A DNA stretch of 64,000 bases from a virus: positions 4,993-68,992 of the IMG/VR virus record IMGVR_UViG_3300037487_000581. One strand, 5' to 3'. The position numbers and the translations under genes were made by a program. Of the stretch, positions 36,057 through 46,214 are shown piece after piece; position 1 is the first letter of the stretch, and every line of letters starts with the position of its first letter. The notes below the pieces were generated by a model, which did no database searches, was not told the origin of the DNA, and saw only the letters and a program-made list of their open reading frames with translations.

Positions 36057-37763
36057 TTAACTACGAAGATCTCCAGGTTCAGTCCAAAGTATAGTTTTAC
36101 CCATTTCATAACTGCCGTTTAATTCATTAGAACTAAACCTCAACTGCAAATGTCTGCGTTGAACACGCAAATCTATCTTTTCAGTTGCGTTTGTGAACAC
36201 AAACGGACCGTCAATTGTTTCATCAGAATTGGCATAATCTCTACCCAAAACTTCTAAAGAAACGTTTCCATTTTGAATGATATCTGGTTCTACACGAACC
36301 AATCTTGTTAAACGATTGATACCTTGATTAGCCGGTAACCCGAAATCAGCAGTCGTTATGTAACTTTCTATGGCAAGTTCATTACCACCCTCAATACGGT
36401 TCAATCCTTTTTCATGAATAAACATTGAATACAAACTGTAATGACTTGTCAATGTTCCTGAAAATCCAGATGAAGTTATTGTTTCTGTATCAACAAATGT
36501 CGCAGCTGAAACCATGTGAACAATGACTTCAGTTGTTGACAAAATTGAACTGACCGTACCCGTGGCACCTGATGTCCCGCCTGTTATAGTAGATCCAATC
36601 GCAACTGAACCGGAGGTGACGGTGAATATCATATCCATATCACTGTTTTCAGAAGAACCTATCATTATAGGGTAGCGAAATACTTGCGAATAGTAACCGG
36701 AAGACCGATCTAATTCACAGTCGTACCAAACCTGTTCTCTAAGATTAAGAATAATCGCATGGGTACATTCAGTCGCATCACCCCTTGGGTAAAACCACCA
36801 AATTTCACCGTAACGTGGTACCTTCATTGCCCAAATCTTTTGACGCTGGTTATAATTGAGGTTATCAAATAACCAATTCAAATTCATTGAATTGCTAACT
36901 TCTGCAATAGTAGAACCATTGGTAGATAAGAAACGATCGATACCTATCCAATAGTAAATACCGTCATATTCAATGACTGAATTCTGAGCCAATATTGAAG
37001 AAGAACCGATTCTTGAAAAGCGGAATATCGACGGTCCGCCAATGAATTCCATCTTCATCAATGAGTCCAATGTCCATAACAAACCCGACGCCCCTGAACC
37101 AGACTTCAACGATTTACCTTGGACTATCTTAGAACCCGTTATCCTAGCCGTACCAGCGTCACCGGTAGTGTAGTTTTGTGGTTCATTGGCATTTGACCAA
37201 GTCACCTTTCCATCTGAACCATATAGAACTGCATAGGGCGATGTAACAAAAACACCACCAGCAGCCACCGCATTAGAGTCGACCACTGCCTCAAAAACAG
37301 CAGACCCATCGGCTTGACCAATGTAAAGACTTTGTTCTGTCAAGTCATCAATATTAGACGCAGTTTTTGTAGGGACTGCCAATATGATCGTTGACTCACT
37401 ACCTGCGGCAGCGTCAAACATGATATCAGTTGACCATAGGTATTCATCGCCACCAGTGAAACCAACTGGAGTCAATCTATTTACAGAAGAACCTGCCCCA
37501 TTTTCATCTATCTGAGTAACTTCGATCTTTTTACCAGAGAAAGTGAACACGTTCGTGAGATCACCACGTGACCAAACTTGCGTGTCTCTTACCGGACCAA
37601 ATACAAAAGAAGAGTTTCGTGAATAACCACCGATCTTTTTAGGGCGACCACGTTGAAAACGCACCCATTTACCGTCTGAATAGTTGTCTCCATCCAAATT
37701 CGTACCGTCGCGACGAATTCCGGGCTTGGACTGTATCAACGATACTTTTTGGATTTCAGACAT
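36057..37763 (-). CDS. Tail nozzle / packaged-DNA stabilisation protein (P22 gp10-like)
   Basis: PGI.RDGT...WVRFQRGRP.KIGG N-terminus, EIWWFYP, beta-propeller composition. Confidence 0.7.
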   Translation of the reverse strand: MSEIQKVSLIQSKPGIRRDGTNLDGDNYSDGKWVRFQRGRPKKIGGYSRNSSFVFGPVRDTQVWSRGDLTNVFTFSGKKIEVTQIDENGAGSSVNRLTPVGFTGGDEYLWSTDIMFDAAAGSESTIILAVPTKTASNIDDLTEQSLYIGQADGSAVFEAVVDSNAVAAGGVFVTSPYAVLYGSDGKVTWSNANEPQNYTTGDAGTARITGSKIVQGKSLKSGSGASGLLWTLDSLMKMEFIGGPSIFRFSRIGSSSILAQNSVIEYDGIYYWIGIDRFLSTNGSTIAEVSNSMNLNWLFDNLNYNQRQKIWAMKVPRYGEIWWFYPRGDATECTHAIILNLREQVWYDCELDRSSGYYSQVFRYPIMIGSSENSDMDMIFTVTSGSVAIGSTITGGTSGATGTVSSILSTTEVIVHMVSAATFVDTETITSSGFSGTLTSHYSLYSMFIHEKGLNRIEGGNELAIESYITTADFGLPANQGINRLTRLVRVEPDIIQNGNVSLEVLGRDYANSDETIDGPFVFTNATEKIDLRVQRRHLQLRFSSNELNGSYEMGKTILWTEPGDLRS

Positions 37764-38137
37764 TACGGCAACTCGTTCGCAGCGGCAGGGGTACCAAGGA
37801 TGGTCGTTTTATCTACTGCGAATCCCTTGGCGATCAGCACATCCAGCATTGTCGGTAAATCGGCACGCTGCAAATCAATGTGTTTACGCACTTGGGCATC
37901 CTTGACCAGAGCTTGTACCACTGCGTCATCAGAAGCCAGGATGGGGATTTTGTATGCTCCGAATCGGTCGTAGAACGCACCTACTGAGATAAGCCAAGTA
38001 TCTAGATACACAGACTCGGGTCGGTATATATCATCAGAATCAGCAGCGAGCAGCGCACCTTCTCGGGCAGCGAACTCCGCATCGCACTCGATCATATTTA
38101 CGATTATACCATTCTTGACTATTTTGTAGCGGGCCAT
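37763..38137 (-). CDS. Tail fibre-associated protein
   Basis: G.IVN.IE....F N-terminus; immediately downstream of the Gly-rich fibre gene. Confidence 0.55.
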   Translation of the reverse strand: MARYKIVKNGIIVNMIECDAEFAAREGALLAADSDDIYRPESVYLDTWLISVGAFYDRFGAYKIPILASDDAVVQALVKDAQVRKHIDLQRADLPTMLDVLIAKGFAVDKTTILGTPAAANELP

Positions 38138-38146
38138 GATACCTCC

Positions 38147-38896
38147 TTACTCATTCCAGAAAACGATGCAGTAACCAGTACCACCGGCATAACCTGCGTT
38201 TTCAACGTGGTCGCCAGCGAGTGAACCAGAACCACCGCCTCCTGAGTTCGCAGCAGCGGCATAACCTGCGTTTGCTCCAGGGCCGTAGGAACCGCCACCA
38301 CCAGAACATGTCGTGGTGCTAGTACCGCCAGCCGATAGGGAAGACCCGCCGCTGTACGCCGTACCAAATGAAGATGATCCGCCACCACCACCGATACAGG
38401 TTAACACTGTAGAACCTGGCATCCCGACAGCTAGATAACCCCCGGAACCTCCGCAAGTTGATCCAGCAGTGCCGGGCGTGATAGTACTTACGGTCCCACC
38501 GCCACTGGCTTGACCACCGCCACCTCCACCGGCACCAGGGGAAGTTCCTGCAACAGCGTGACCGCCACCACCACCCCCGTAGGCATATATCGTGCCGAAA
38601 TACGTGTCGCCTCCTGCACCACCGGATGCACCAACACCCCCTGCGCTACCTGCAGAACCGATACCAACAGAGATCGCGGCCAGTGGTGTGACCGAGACAT
38701 CTCGGATTACAACCGCACCACCACCACCACCACCACCGTTAAGCGATCCACCGTCGCCACCACCGCCGCCACCACCACCCACAAGCAGAACGCGCACCGC
38801 ACTTATACCGAGGGGGACGTTGAAAGTATCACTATAGGTAAATACTTGGCTTTTAGTCTTACCTCCACCACCCGCAAACTGCGTCAACGTACTCAT
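38147..38896 (-). CDS. Glycine-rich tail fibre protein
   Basis: FT.S.TF.VP.G...V.V..VGGGGGG glycine-rich domain. Confidence 0.75.
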   Translation of the reverse strand: MSTLTQFAGGGGKTKSQVFTYSDTFNVPLGISAVRVLLVGGGGGGGGDGGSLNGGGGGGGAVVIRDVSVTPLAAISVGIGSAGSAGGVGASGGAGGDTYFGTIYAYGGGGGGHAVAGTSPGAGGGGGGQASGGGTVSTITPGTAGSTCGGSGGYLAVGMPGSTVLTCIGGGGGSSSFGTAYSGGSSLSAGGTSTTTCSGGGGSYGPGANAGYAAAANSGGGGSGSLAGDHVENAGYAGGTGYCIVFWNE

Positions 38897-40731
38897 ACAA
38901 TTCTCCAGTCAGTACCGTTTATACATTTCAATGTTATGGAGGCATTTGCTTTATCAAATGTCAGATTTTCAGCCAACCCCATGATAGTTTTACCCGTATT
39001 ACGAGCAATAATACAATCAACTTGTGTGCTTGTGTTTACTATAATTATAAGGTCACCATTTACAGGGGAAGCTGGAAGGGTAAGTGTTAAACCAGAAGCC
39101 GAATAAGAATAGGCAGAGTTAGATGTAAGTGTTGTATTAGAAGCCAACGGGTTAACCCCACCAACAAAACCGATTAACGAGGGCGATGTTATTGAAGGTG
39201 AGGTTATTGTAGGTGAGGTCAGCGTCTTATTTGTCAAAGTCTGAGTCGAATTGGTATCAACAAAGGTCTTTGTTGCTGCTCCATCACCTATAGTCAGTAC
39301 ATTAGAAGAGGTGTTCCATTGAACAACACCTTCCGTTGTACTTCCCGAACCAGAAGGAACTGTCCAAACCCCGCCATTGACTACCGGAGAAGTTAATGTC
39401 TTATTGGTAAGCGTCTGTGCGGTCGTTAAATCGACCATTGTCTTACGACCAGAACCATCGCCGATAGTCAGTAAATCCGAATCGCTATCCCAAACAAGTG
39501 CGCCTTCTGCAATTTGAGCAGGGGTTGTTACTGATGGAATTTGCAAGTAACCTGTTGGGACAGAAAAACCTGTAGTATCAAATGTACCCATAGGAACACC
39601 GTTTACCGAAAAACCTATACCGTAGGTTCCGTTTTTATAAATACCAGTGTTTGTTTGACTTATAAATGATATAACTGGAATTGAATATGATCCATCTCCA
39701 ACACTAATATCTCCTGTTATTTCAGCAGTTTGAGCCGCTAAAACATCGGTACCATTACAAAAGATAATAGCTCTTTCACCTTGCGGTATAGGCGAACCAA
39801 GACCCGCTGCAGTCTTAACTGTTACCGTTTGAGAAGTGCTTAGATTATTATGAACATAATAAATAGAAACAACACTAGGGACAACGACTGTTGCTGAAGA
39901 AGCAGGGGTGCCAATAAAGGTCAATAGTTTATTACTGGCTTCAGAACTGCTCAATGTTTGACTTCCAGCTACAACTGTCTTAACCAATTGTGTGAACTGA
40001 TAAGTAGTCGATCTTCCGTATCCAATTGTGTACCAAGTAGTGCCTGTTGAAACCAGTACAACTGACTCACCTGGATTCAGAGTCAATGTTGAACCACCAT
40101 CGACCAATTCAGATGCGTTGGGATCGATCGTCAATGTTCCAGAACCTGAATTACGAACCATGCAAAAGAAGTCAGATCCAAATGTACTTACCGCTGATAA
40201 AGAGCAAGTGGCGACCCCACCTGTAAATACGAACACTTTGGCGCGGTCGTATTGATCAATTGACCAACTATCAGATTGAATTTCAGTTTGATAGGCTGCG
40301 TTTAATACAGAACCGATAGCTTTTATACCATAACCAGAAAGAGTCGCTGCATCTGCAGCAGACGTTCCAGTTCCAAATGTAGTAACAGACCAATCACCTT
40401 CATCCGTATTATCTTTAACTTGAAGATAAACTGCGACACCCGCTGCAACTGTTGTCAATGCCGAAGAATCGGATTTAACAATGGTTAGGGTTTCGGAACC
40501 GATGTTCTTGAAAATTACAGTTTCACCATTCGACACTTCAGAGGCCAACGGCATTGTGATAATCACACCTACTGAGCAAGAAATATCATTTGTCGCAGCG
40601 AGTGTTTTATCGCTTCCAGAATAGTTATAAGGCCATTGGAATTGTTCGTTCGCAGTCAATACGTAAGACGCAAACGATACATCTGCCCCCGGTACAAGGG
40701 AATTTGAGAAAACGTCAGTATAGCTTGTCAT
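38893..40731 (-). CDS. Tail fibre / tail spike proximal protein
   Basis: Thr/Ser-rich; duplicated EG...W.....LTIGDG...QTLTNKTLTSP unit; TLPASP..GD C-terminal domain. Confidence 0.75.
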   Translation of the reverse strand: MTSYTDVFSNSLVPGADVSFASYVLTANEQFQWPYNYSGSDKTLAATNDISCSVGVIITMPLASEVSNGETVIFKNIGSETLTIVKSDSSALTTVAAGVAVYLQVKDNTDEGDWSVTTFGTGTSAADAATLSGYGIKAIGSVLNAAYQTEIQSDSWSIDQYDRAKVFVFTGGVATCSLSAVSTFGSDFFCMVRNSGSGTLTIDPNASELVDGGSTLTLNPGESVVLVSTGTTWYTIGYGRSTTYQFTQLVKTVVAGSQTLSSSEASNKLLTFIGTPASSATVVVPSVVSIYYVHNNLSTSQTVTVKTAAGLGSPIPQGERAIIFCNGTDVLAAQTAEITGDISVGDGSYSIPVISFISQTNTGIYKNGTYGIGFSVNGVPMGTFDTTGFSVPTGYLQIPSVTTPAQIAEGALVWDSDSDLLTIGDGSGRKTMVDLTTAQTLTNKTLTSPVVNGGVWTVPSGSGSTTEGVVQWNTSSNVLTIGDGAATKTFVDTNSTQTLTNKTLTSPTITSPSITSPSLIGFVGGVNPLASNTTLTSNSAYSYSASGLTLTLPASPVNGDLIIIVNTSTQVDCIIARNTGKTIMGLAENLTFDKANASITLKCINGTDWRIV

Positions 40732-41357
40732 TATTTACTCCGCCTTGCAGATGAATCAGATTGACGCCGTGAATCTTCACTTGAAACAATACCGATAGCC
40801 CGATCATACAAACCTTGGAATTCAGCTATTCGTTCAGATTGTTTTAAGAATGGCTGCGCTTCTAATAACGAAGCATACAATAATGCTTGTGGAGCATAGC
40901 GAGTTGTCCAATTTGTTTGATTAGTCGTATCCAATGGTTGCGGGCGTTCGTAATAAGTCAATGAAGCCGGGTAAGTTCCGTCAGGAGTTGGGCCAATATA
41001 GAAATGGTCATAATCATAATCAGAATAGAACTCAGGAACATCCTCAATAATTGGATCGGGCCAATAAGTTTGAATGTATTCGACGCTGCGATTCTTAATT
41101 GACTTTTTGTTACTACCTGTGGACATAAAGAAACTCATTGTTTCACGCCAACGAGCAGGCTTTTCATAGACATTATTACCCTGCGTCAATTCGAAATTGA
41201 CAATACGAACGTGACCGAGTCCTTTAAATTCACTTGCCAACCGATTCTCGGCCAACATGATGAATCTTGGAACTTGTGCCAAAAATTCTGAATCAGATCG
41301 CTCAGCATAAATAGCGATGTCGCTAACAAGCGAGTCGTAGGTCATTGCCTCAGGCAT
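40731..41357 (-). CDS. Head-tail adaptor protein
   Basis: TY..L...I..Y.ER, P.FI.LAE.R and NW....P..LLYA.LLEA.PFLK motifs. Confidence 0.75.
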   Translation of the reverse strand: MPEAMTYDSLVSDIAIYAERSDSEFLAQVPRFIMLAENRLASEFKGLGHVRIVNFELTQGNNVYEKPARWRETMSFFMSTGSNKKSIKNRSVEYIQTYWPDPIIEDVPEFYSDYDYDHFYIGPTPDGTYPASLTYYERPQPLDTTNQTNWTTRYAPQALLYASLLEAQPFLKQSERIAEFQGLYDRAIGIVSSEDSRRQSDSSARRSK

Positions 41358-41562
41358 CTAAAGCCTCGTCAGTAAGGGGTCTGTTTATCGTTATATTCTC
41401 AGGTTCTCTTTGAGCTTTACGATAAGGATCAAATTCATCGCAACAATCTTTACATACCAAAAGACCCTGAATATTAGGGTCTACTTTTAGTTCTTTGCGA
41501 GACATTTTCTGATGGCATCTCATGCAAATTCCAGGTGTATTTGGTACAGGATGAAACATCAT
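41350..41562 (-). CDS. Small Zn-ribbon protein of the head module
   Basis: ICMRC...DPN..GL.VC..C.D..DPY. Confidence 0.7.
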   Translation of the reverse strand: MMFHPVPNTPGICMRCHQKMSRKELKVDPNIQGLLVCKDCCDEFDPYRKAQREPENITINRPLTDEALDA

Positions 41563-42506
41563 GATGTGTAAACACCTATGTCTGGTGAGATATTGATAGG
41601 TGCATTATCCCGTTCTTCTAGATAAACCTCGTTAAGAGCATTTTGGGCCTTAGTACCACATAGGGTTATGCGCTCGGGCGCAACACCGGGCACCTCAAAG
41701 GCTAGGTTAGCGGCCAATTGCCACGTTATAGCTTCCAACCAACGCTGCGGCACGTCAATAGTTTCAGTTAATTGACCAACGTCACCGATGTGACGATTGC
41801 GATATAATTGAACGATGTTCTCAGAAGCGACCGCATTTGGAACAGGCCAAAGGGTCATGATAGGACCGACGTGACGCTCAAACAAGAATTGTAACGGGAC
41901 GCCGATGACGTTCTTATTTGGCAATGAAGAATAGTCGTCACGATTGAAACGATACATCGGAACGTCTGTGAATGCACTCACAAACTCAACGACATTAACG
42001 GTCAGTGCCGTTGTATTTTCAAACTTAACAAACGACGTACTTTTGATACCATCAATAGCGAACCATTTCGGTTCATCTGTTGTTAATGTCGTGGCGTTTG
42101 AATAGGTCACACCGTCATCTGAAAAACTAACCGTAACCGTCAATTCGTCAGTGTCCAAATAAATCATTTGAATATCTGACGCCGCGTCGAGTTCGGTGAT
42201 ATGTTCTGTTGCGGTAGTTGACTCTATACCAGCGACCTTTGTCAAACGACGATAGTTGGTGTTTAAAACATCAACTGTTCCGCTGGCAAGGAGATACTTC
42301 GCTTGCCCGTTGTGAAGAGAAACAAACTGTTCTTCAAGACACCAGAGATTTAAACCGACATTTGATAGATTGTTTAATACCAAATGAAGATTGTTTTTGG
42401 CTATCTCGATGATCTCAGGAGTTTGTTCTTCGGCAGACTTACCGACCCGCCTAACTGCCGTATCGATCACACTCGCTATTTTAAAAGTAGTTTGACCGAC
42501 AGTCAT
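41559..42506 (-). CDS. Head-tail connector / tail tubular-like protein
   Basis: N.GLNLW, R..RDDY..LPNK, LWPVP and DVPQRWL.A...LA motifs. Confidence 0.7.
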   Translation of the reverse strand: MTVGQTTFKIASVIDTAVRRVGKSAEEQTPEIIEIAKNNLHLVLNNLSNVGLNLWCLEEQFVSLHNGQAKYLLASGTVDVLNTNYRRLTKVAGIESTTATEHITELDAASDIQMIYLDTDELTVTVSFSDDGVTYSNATTLTTDEPKWFAIDGIKSTSFVKFENTTALTVNVVEFVSAFTDVPMYRFNRDDYSSLPNKNVIGVPLQFLFERHVGPIMTLWPVPNAVASENIVQLYRNRHIGDVGQLTETIDVPQRWLEAITWQLAANLAFEVPGVAPERITLCGTKAQNALNEVYLEERDNAPINISPDIGVYTS

Positions 42507-42532
42507 CGTTTGCTCCTAAGCTGATGAGAGGC

Positions 42533-42561
42533 AGTATAGCACGGCTGTTTGAGTATTACAA
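42533..42561 (-). promoter_or_regulatory. Late-module promoter
   Basis: TTGTAA-N17-TATACT with TGn; AGGAG SD downstream. Confidence 0.65.
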
Positions 42562-42565
42562 ATGA

Positions 42566-42922
42566 TCAACTTAGAGCAACAAGAAGTGTCGCAGTCGTGG
42601 CAGCCATGACACGACCATTACGCAAATGAAGATTCAGAACTGTACCTGCGGTAACGCCTGTGAAAATGACAGTCGCCCCGGTTGATACCATCTTGATAGA
42701 GAGATTACCGTTACCACCGACATAGATTGCGTTACAATTGACCGAAGTAGAATCACTTTTTGTGATATCTGCAGCGTTGGTAAAAGGGGCAAGAGCTTTG
42801 TTACAATAGATCTTTTTAGGAATCACGCCGAGGCGCATTTCCTTCGGTACGGTAAACAAGACCATCGATGACTCTTTAACAGGGTCACCGTAACGTTCTC
42901 TAGCTTGTTTACTGGTCAGCAT
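42566..42922 (-). CDS. Chimeric protein: endolysin N-terminal fragment fused to a head-spike-base paralogue
   Basis: Residues ~1-45 align with 55264-55686; the remainder aligns with 44501-44740; TAATG overlap at 42922. Confidence 0.7.
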   Translation of the reverse strand: MLTSKQARERYGDPVKESSMVLFTVPKEMRLGVIPKKIYCNKALAPFTNAADITKSDSTSVNCNAIYVGGNGNLSIKMVSTGATVIFTGVTAGTVLNLHLRNGRVMAATTATLLVALS

Positions 42923-43236
42923 TAGAAAAACTCCCGCCAAGGTGTCTCAGGGAACACTTCATAGGGTTCAAATGAAGTAGGCAGTGGTTCCCCTGAAATG
43001 ATCCTTGAACAGACGTACCATCCCGGTTGTGCAGCCATCTCTGGGTAGGGCCCATCTGGTCCTTGAAGGGTCACGCCAGTTGGGGCATAGACAGTGCCCA
43101 CGACGTCAATTGCGTAGCGGTCTGTGTAACGAATAAAGAACGGCTCACCTTGTTCGTCTATCCCTGTCATCCCTGCTGCACTAGCTAGGGCGAAGGAGGT
43201 TTCCATATCTGGGAATATAAAGAATCGTGTGTGCAT
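42922..43236 (-). CDS. Head-fibre-associated protein
   Basis: IDVVG..Y.PTG.....PEM....GW motif commonly found downstream of this fibre type. Confidence 0.6.
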   Translation of the reverse strand: MHTRFFIFPDMETSFALASAAGMTGIDEQGEPFFIRYTDRYAIDVVGTVYAPTGVTLQGPDGPYPEMAAQPGWYVCSRIISGEPLPTSFEPYEVFPETPWREFF

Positions 43237-43245
43237 GTTGGTTCC

Positions 43246-44499
43246 TTATGCTGACAGCACTTGCAGCGTGGCGTTAGTTAGACGCTGGGGGTAGTAGGTT
43301 AGGCTGCGTATGCTGTGTGAGCCGTTAACGCCTGAGCCGTGATCGCAAAAGCCGAACTTGGTTACAACCGGGATTGTTGCTACCGTATCTGTTTGCACAG
43401 TTGCTCCGTTGTGAGCCTGACCAACGTCGTTGGTCTTGTACCCAGTAGCTGTCTTGACAAACGTATTTGCTGTGATGGCTGCGGTTGAAAGTATCGCTTG
43501 TGCAACGCCTCCCTCCTGAATTGTTGAGTAGTAAGTGCCACTGCCGTTCTGTTTCAAAAGCGCAATGGTGTTGTTATTCGTACCATCATCCACATTCCAC
43601 ACTCGGTCAAACCCTGACGTTCCCGGCGATGCGCTGCTATACTTAGCAACAAACGTCCCCTCACTCTGGTTATACCAACTGGAGAAATTTGTACCTGTCA
43701 TACTGGCAATGTCAGCAGCACGGGTTAGAGCTATAGCCTCTGTTTTGATGTAGCTGGTGGGGAAGGTCCCTGCTTCAAGCTGTGCGCCCCAGATGTAAAC
43801 GTAACCAGCAACAGCCTCAGTTGCGTTACCTGGATACACGCGAATCTGTGGGTTTGCTATAGAGATAGTGGCTGTTGCTGAGATACGCACCCACCCATTA
43901 GGAAGAACATAGGAGGCGAACGCCGATGCTGACCCTATTAGTGCTGTGAAGGTATTTAAAGAGAAATCATAGACACCTCGCACCAGTACAGACGGGGTTC
44001 CGTCAAATATATCAATACTAACTTTTCCTAGGTTACCATCTTTAACAAAGACTGAACCGGTATATGGGCCAACAGCCCCGGTGCTGGACTGCCCCCGTAC
44101 TGCAAACGCATTTGCTGTTTTAGTTAGTCTGTCTGCAGTTACGTCTCCATATGGGGACGTAATATCGTTCGGTGTAACGGTGACGTTTGCGCTAAGCGTC
44201 CAAGCGCCATTACCAAACGCCTCAGAATAAATAAGCAGATTGGTTCTTGCTTCCTCAATCAGCAACCCCAAACTCTCCCCATTAGCAGGGTTGTGGTTAA
44301 ACCTAGCTACACCATCTGCTGCTGTTTGCATCACCCCTGCTGCATCAAAGTAGGTGGCATTTGAAGCGCGAGTGAAGGTGATACGACCATCTAGTTGCTT
44401 TGTCTCGGCAAATGGTAAATTCAATGAAGGGGCCATAGAGTCCCCGTTAGATAGTAACGGCTTCCTATAAGGTATTCCTGAACCGATGCCGATTAGCAT
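43246..44499 (-). CDS. Head spike fibre protein with carbohydrate-binding/LamG-like domains
   Basis: TFTRAS.ATY....G, GLLIEEARTNLL, WGAQLEAG.FPTSYI.T...TRAAD and YYP.RL motifs. Confidence 0.8.
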   Translation of the reverse strand: MLIGIGSGIPYRKPLLSNGDSMAPSLNLPFAETKQLDGRITFTRASNATYFDAAGVMQTAADGVARFNHNPANGESLGLLIEEARTNLLIYSEAFGNGAWTLSANVTVTPNDITSPYGDVTADRLTKTANAFAVRGQSSTGAVGPYTGSVFVKDGNLGKVSIDIFDGTPSVLVRGVYDFSLNTFTALIGSASAFASYVLPNGWVRISATATISIANPQIRVYPGNATEAVAGYVYIWGAQLEAGTFPTSYIKTEAIALTRAADIASMTGTNFSSWYNQSEGTFVAKYSSASPGTSGFDRVWNVDDGTNNNTIALLKQNGSGTYYSTIQEGGVAQAILSTAAITANTFVKTATGYKTNDVGQAHNGATVQTDTVATIPVVTKFGFCDHGSGVNGSHSIRSLTYYPQRLTNATLQVLSA

Positions 44500-44500
44500 G

Positions 44501-44740
44501 TTAAACTCGCAACGCGATTATATCAGATGCAGTCGTTGCTGCCATAATTCTACCGTTTGTGAGTCGCAACGGTAACAGGCTCCCAGAAGAAACGTTTGTA
44601 TAGGTAACAACAGAGCTACCAGATTTATGTTTGATAGCCAAACTTCCACCAGTACCAACATAAATTCCTTCACATGAAACTTCAGTGCTGTCAGATTTAG
44701 TGACAGCGAACGCATCTGTTGCAGAAGAAGAAACAAGCAT
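44501..44740 (-). CDS. Head spike base protein (RcGTA Rcc01079-like)
   Basis: AVT.SD......IYVG.GG.L......V.....G..LP.....I.AT.TA..I.AL pattern; directly upstream of the head fibre gene. Confidence 0.75.
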   Translation of the reverse strand: MLVSSSATDAFAVTKSDSTEVSCEGIYVGTGGSLAIKHKSGSSVVTYTNVSSGSLLPLRLTNGRIMAATTASDIIALRV

Positions 44741-44759
44741 TTCATACTCCTAAAGCGAT

Positions 44760-44779
44760 TCTCCCGCCGAAGCGGGAGA
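44760..44779 (-). terminator. Hairpin (CTTCGG loop), possible terminator or stabiliser
   Basis: TCTCCCGC-TTCG-GCGGGAGA on the minus strand; weak U-tract. Confidence 0.45.
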
Positions 44780-44784
44780 GTTGA

Positions 44785-45219
44785 TTACCGACTTGCGTAA
44801 ACTACAGTTAAACGAAGCGTACCTTGAGTCGTTGTCGCAGCCGCATTAGCATCGATGGTGATGACAACAGAAGTATTAGTTCCGATATTAGCCATCGCTG
44901 CCAATTGAGCAACGGTCAATGCAACAGCGGCACGAGTCGTAGTAATGAGGTCGGCAGACGTCATGTACTCTGCACCAGCAGCCGCAGTTCCGACCGTAGT
45001 GGTCAAGTTAGCAATCGTACCCGTCGCAGCTACGACGGTGTCAACATAATACGCGATGATCTGCGAATTAGCGGGCAACGTAATCGTAGAACTGACTGCC
45101 GCATGAGAACCTGCAACAGTTGAAACGGTAGTGGTTTTAGTCAAAACCACGTCACCCAAACAGGCGCAGGTTTGATCAGGACCGGAACCTGCTTGCAAAG
45201 GCTTAGTGAAATAGGTCAT
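44785..45219 (-). CDS. Virion structural protein (capsid decoration-like)
   Basis: Thr/Ala-rich; LPANSQI and G..RLTV.Y motifs; follows the capsid gene. Confidence 0.65.
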   Translation of the reverse strand: MTYFTKPLQAGSGPDQTCACLGDVVLTKTTTVSTVAGSHAAVSSTITLPANSQIIAYYVDTVVAATGTIANLTTTVGTAAAGAEYMTSADLITTTRAAVALTVAQLAAMANIGTNTSVVITIDANAAATTTQGTLRLTVVYASR

Positions 45220-45236
45220 TTAAATCTCCTAAAGTT

Positions 45237-45258
45237 CCTCAGGGCTTTCGCCCTGAGG
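45237..45258 (-). terminator. Hairpin after the major capsid gene
   Basis: CCTCAGGGC-GAAA-GCCCTGAGG. Confidence 0.55.
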
Positions 45259-45265
45259 TTGGTCA

Positions 45266-46198
45266 TTAAACGCCAGCAGTTCCGAACAGAGCACGCCAGT
45301 CGGTCCAACCAGAGCCATAACGCTCAGTAGACTTGTAGCGAACGCTATCGGTCTCGAAATCACCTTCCATGGATTTCTCCAAGGAACGACGTTTCAGAAC
45401 CTTCAGACCTTCCGGAGCATCGGTTTGGATAAACCAAGCGGTGGAACTGGTCATGCGGGACACAGAAGCAGTGTCACCAGACAGCATTGCGGTCGACTTG
45501 ATCGCGTTGATGTCGTTGTTAGCAGTACCAGAACGCAGAACGCTCTTCAGGATAACCTCGGCTTGGAACACGTTGTCCGGAGAAATGATGAGTTTCTTCG
45601 GGGTGATGCGGATCTTCTTACCGTTAGCATCTTCTGCTTTACGGATTTGGATCAACATCTGTTCCAGAGAGGTTTGTGACAGAGCAGCAGCGGTTGCCAG
45701 CAAGTTAGAGCGGGAGGCACCACCAGCAGCGGCACCAGCAACGTCGATGTGAGCATTGGAAATCAGCTCGACGCCGTCACCACCCTTATAGCTCGAATTG
45801 AAAGCGCGATTCAGGTGATTAGCCAGAACGGTTTCTTTGGTCTCAATCATAGACTGAGCCAAGTGTTTCGAGAAGGTGGTACCGATACGGATATGGTCGC
45901 CGTCTTCAACCAAGACTTTGGTCAGAGCATAAGCCAGACCGTAGACCTTGTAGGTGTAACGCTGGACGAACAATTGACCACCAGACTGATAGGTAACGGC
46001 CATACCGTCCGGTAATTCGGGTGCAGCACCCATACCATACAGCATAACTTCTTCATGATAAGAGCGCGGCGTACCGGTCTCTTCAGTCATGAATTGTTTC
46101 CACTCGTCCTTACGTTGATCGTAGATACCATCGAACGATTTGTTAAGAATCGGCTCAACAATACTACGGAAATCACTAACGCGCATAGGGGTTGCCAT
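45266..46198 (-). CDS. Major capsid protein (HK97 fold, Mu gpT-like)
   Basis: EP.LN..F, EE....G.G.A, TKE..AN.LN.AF, AWF..TD.P.GL and GDF.T...RYK..ERY..GW.D.R motifs; strongly biased codons. Confidence 0.9.
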   Translation of the reverse strand: MATPMRVSDFRSIVEPILNKSFDGIYDQRKDEWKQFMTEETGTPRSYHEEVMLYGMGAAPELPDGMAVTYQSGGQLFVQRYTYKVYGLAYALTKVLVEDGDHIRIGTTFSKHLAQSMIETKETVLANHLNRAFNSSYKGGDGVELISNAHIDVAGAAAGGASRSNLLATAAALSQTSLEQMLIQIRKAEDANGKKIRITPKKLIISPDNVFQAEVILKSVLRSGTANNDINAIKSTAMLSGDTASVSRMTSSTAWFIQTDAPEGLKVLKRRSLEKSMEGDFETDSVRYKSTERYGSGWTDWRALFGTAGV

Positions 46199-46214
46199 GT
46201 GTCATTCTCCTTTA

